From: an uncultured Planctomycetales bacterium
GTDB taxonomy: Bacteria; Omnitrophota; Gorgyraeia; Zapsychrales; JAHFFX01
Reading direction: 5' to 3'
Assembly (NCBI GenBank): GCA_964464475.1
Contig: CAYXGG010000003.1
Span: 48,823-112,822, forward strand
Length of the DNA stretch: 64,000 bases
A program made the position numbers and the translations under genes. Below are positions 63,927-64,000 of this stretch, one piece after another. A model generated the notes under the pieces. That model was given only the letters and a program-made list of their open reading frames with translations, did no database searches and was not told where the DNA came from. How positions within the stretch are numbered: the stretch's first letter is position 1; each line of letters opens with the position of its first letter.

Positions 63927-64000
63927 TCGTCTTCAGTAACGTTCATCCACCGATGGCTGGCTCTGCGTACCGATCCTCATCCCAAGGCTCAGCAGAATTA

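Overview
This 64 kb window looks like a bacterial chromosomal segment of roughly 44% GC, densely packed with genes on both strands and dominated by respiratory, redox and cofactor functions.

No rRNA, tRNA, CRISPR array, transposase or phage gene was seen.

Main content, in order:
- an aa3-type cytochrome c oxidase cluster (cupredoxin, ctaD, ctaE, ctaF, unknown membrane protein, ctaC, ctaA, ctaB, sco, DUF420/CtaM)
- a minus-strand operon with a B12-binding radical SAM enzyme, two ferredoxins (one Azotobacter-type 7Fe FdxA), a His-rich membrane protein and small hydrophobic peptides
- acnA, leuCD, ilvD, aroC, an SDR and an MBL hydrolase
- a Fur-family regulator, an outer-membrane barrel and a TroA/Ytg-like metal ABC importer in which both permeases carry C-terminal DtxR-like winged-helix domains
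- a FIST sensor, erpA and thiC
- a large NMO/FabK-like flavoprotein placed divergently from bioB
- korAB and trxB
- a complete classical menaquinone pathway (ubiE/menG, menF, menD, menB, menA, menC, menE and a thioesterase), interrupted by a TfoX_N protein and a DEAD-box helicase
- aqpZ, tpx and sod
- nrdA with three N-terminal ATP-cones and an nrdB carrying Phe at the radical site (class Ic)
- ilvBH, a ThiI-like PP-loop protein, apbC/mrp, a grxD-bolA-grx-gshB-gshA-like operon, a DAACS transporter and a second bolA

The triple ATP-cone NrdA, the class Ic R2 and the permease-repressor fusions together point, as an inference, to an environmental Chlamydiae-like organism.

The three observations most worth a second look are the radical SAM/ferredoxin/membrane operon, a ~120-nt structured sequence element present twice (upstream of acnA and of menA), and the large flavoprotein partnered with bioB.

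Coordinates for CDSs come from the ORF track, with start codons adjusted by codon arithmetic. Non-CDS features are placed by eye and are accurate to about ±2 nt.
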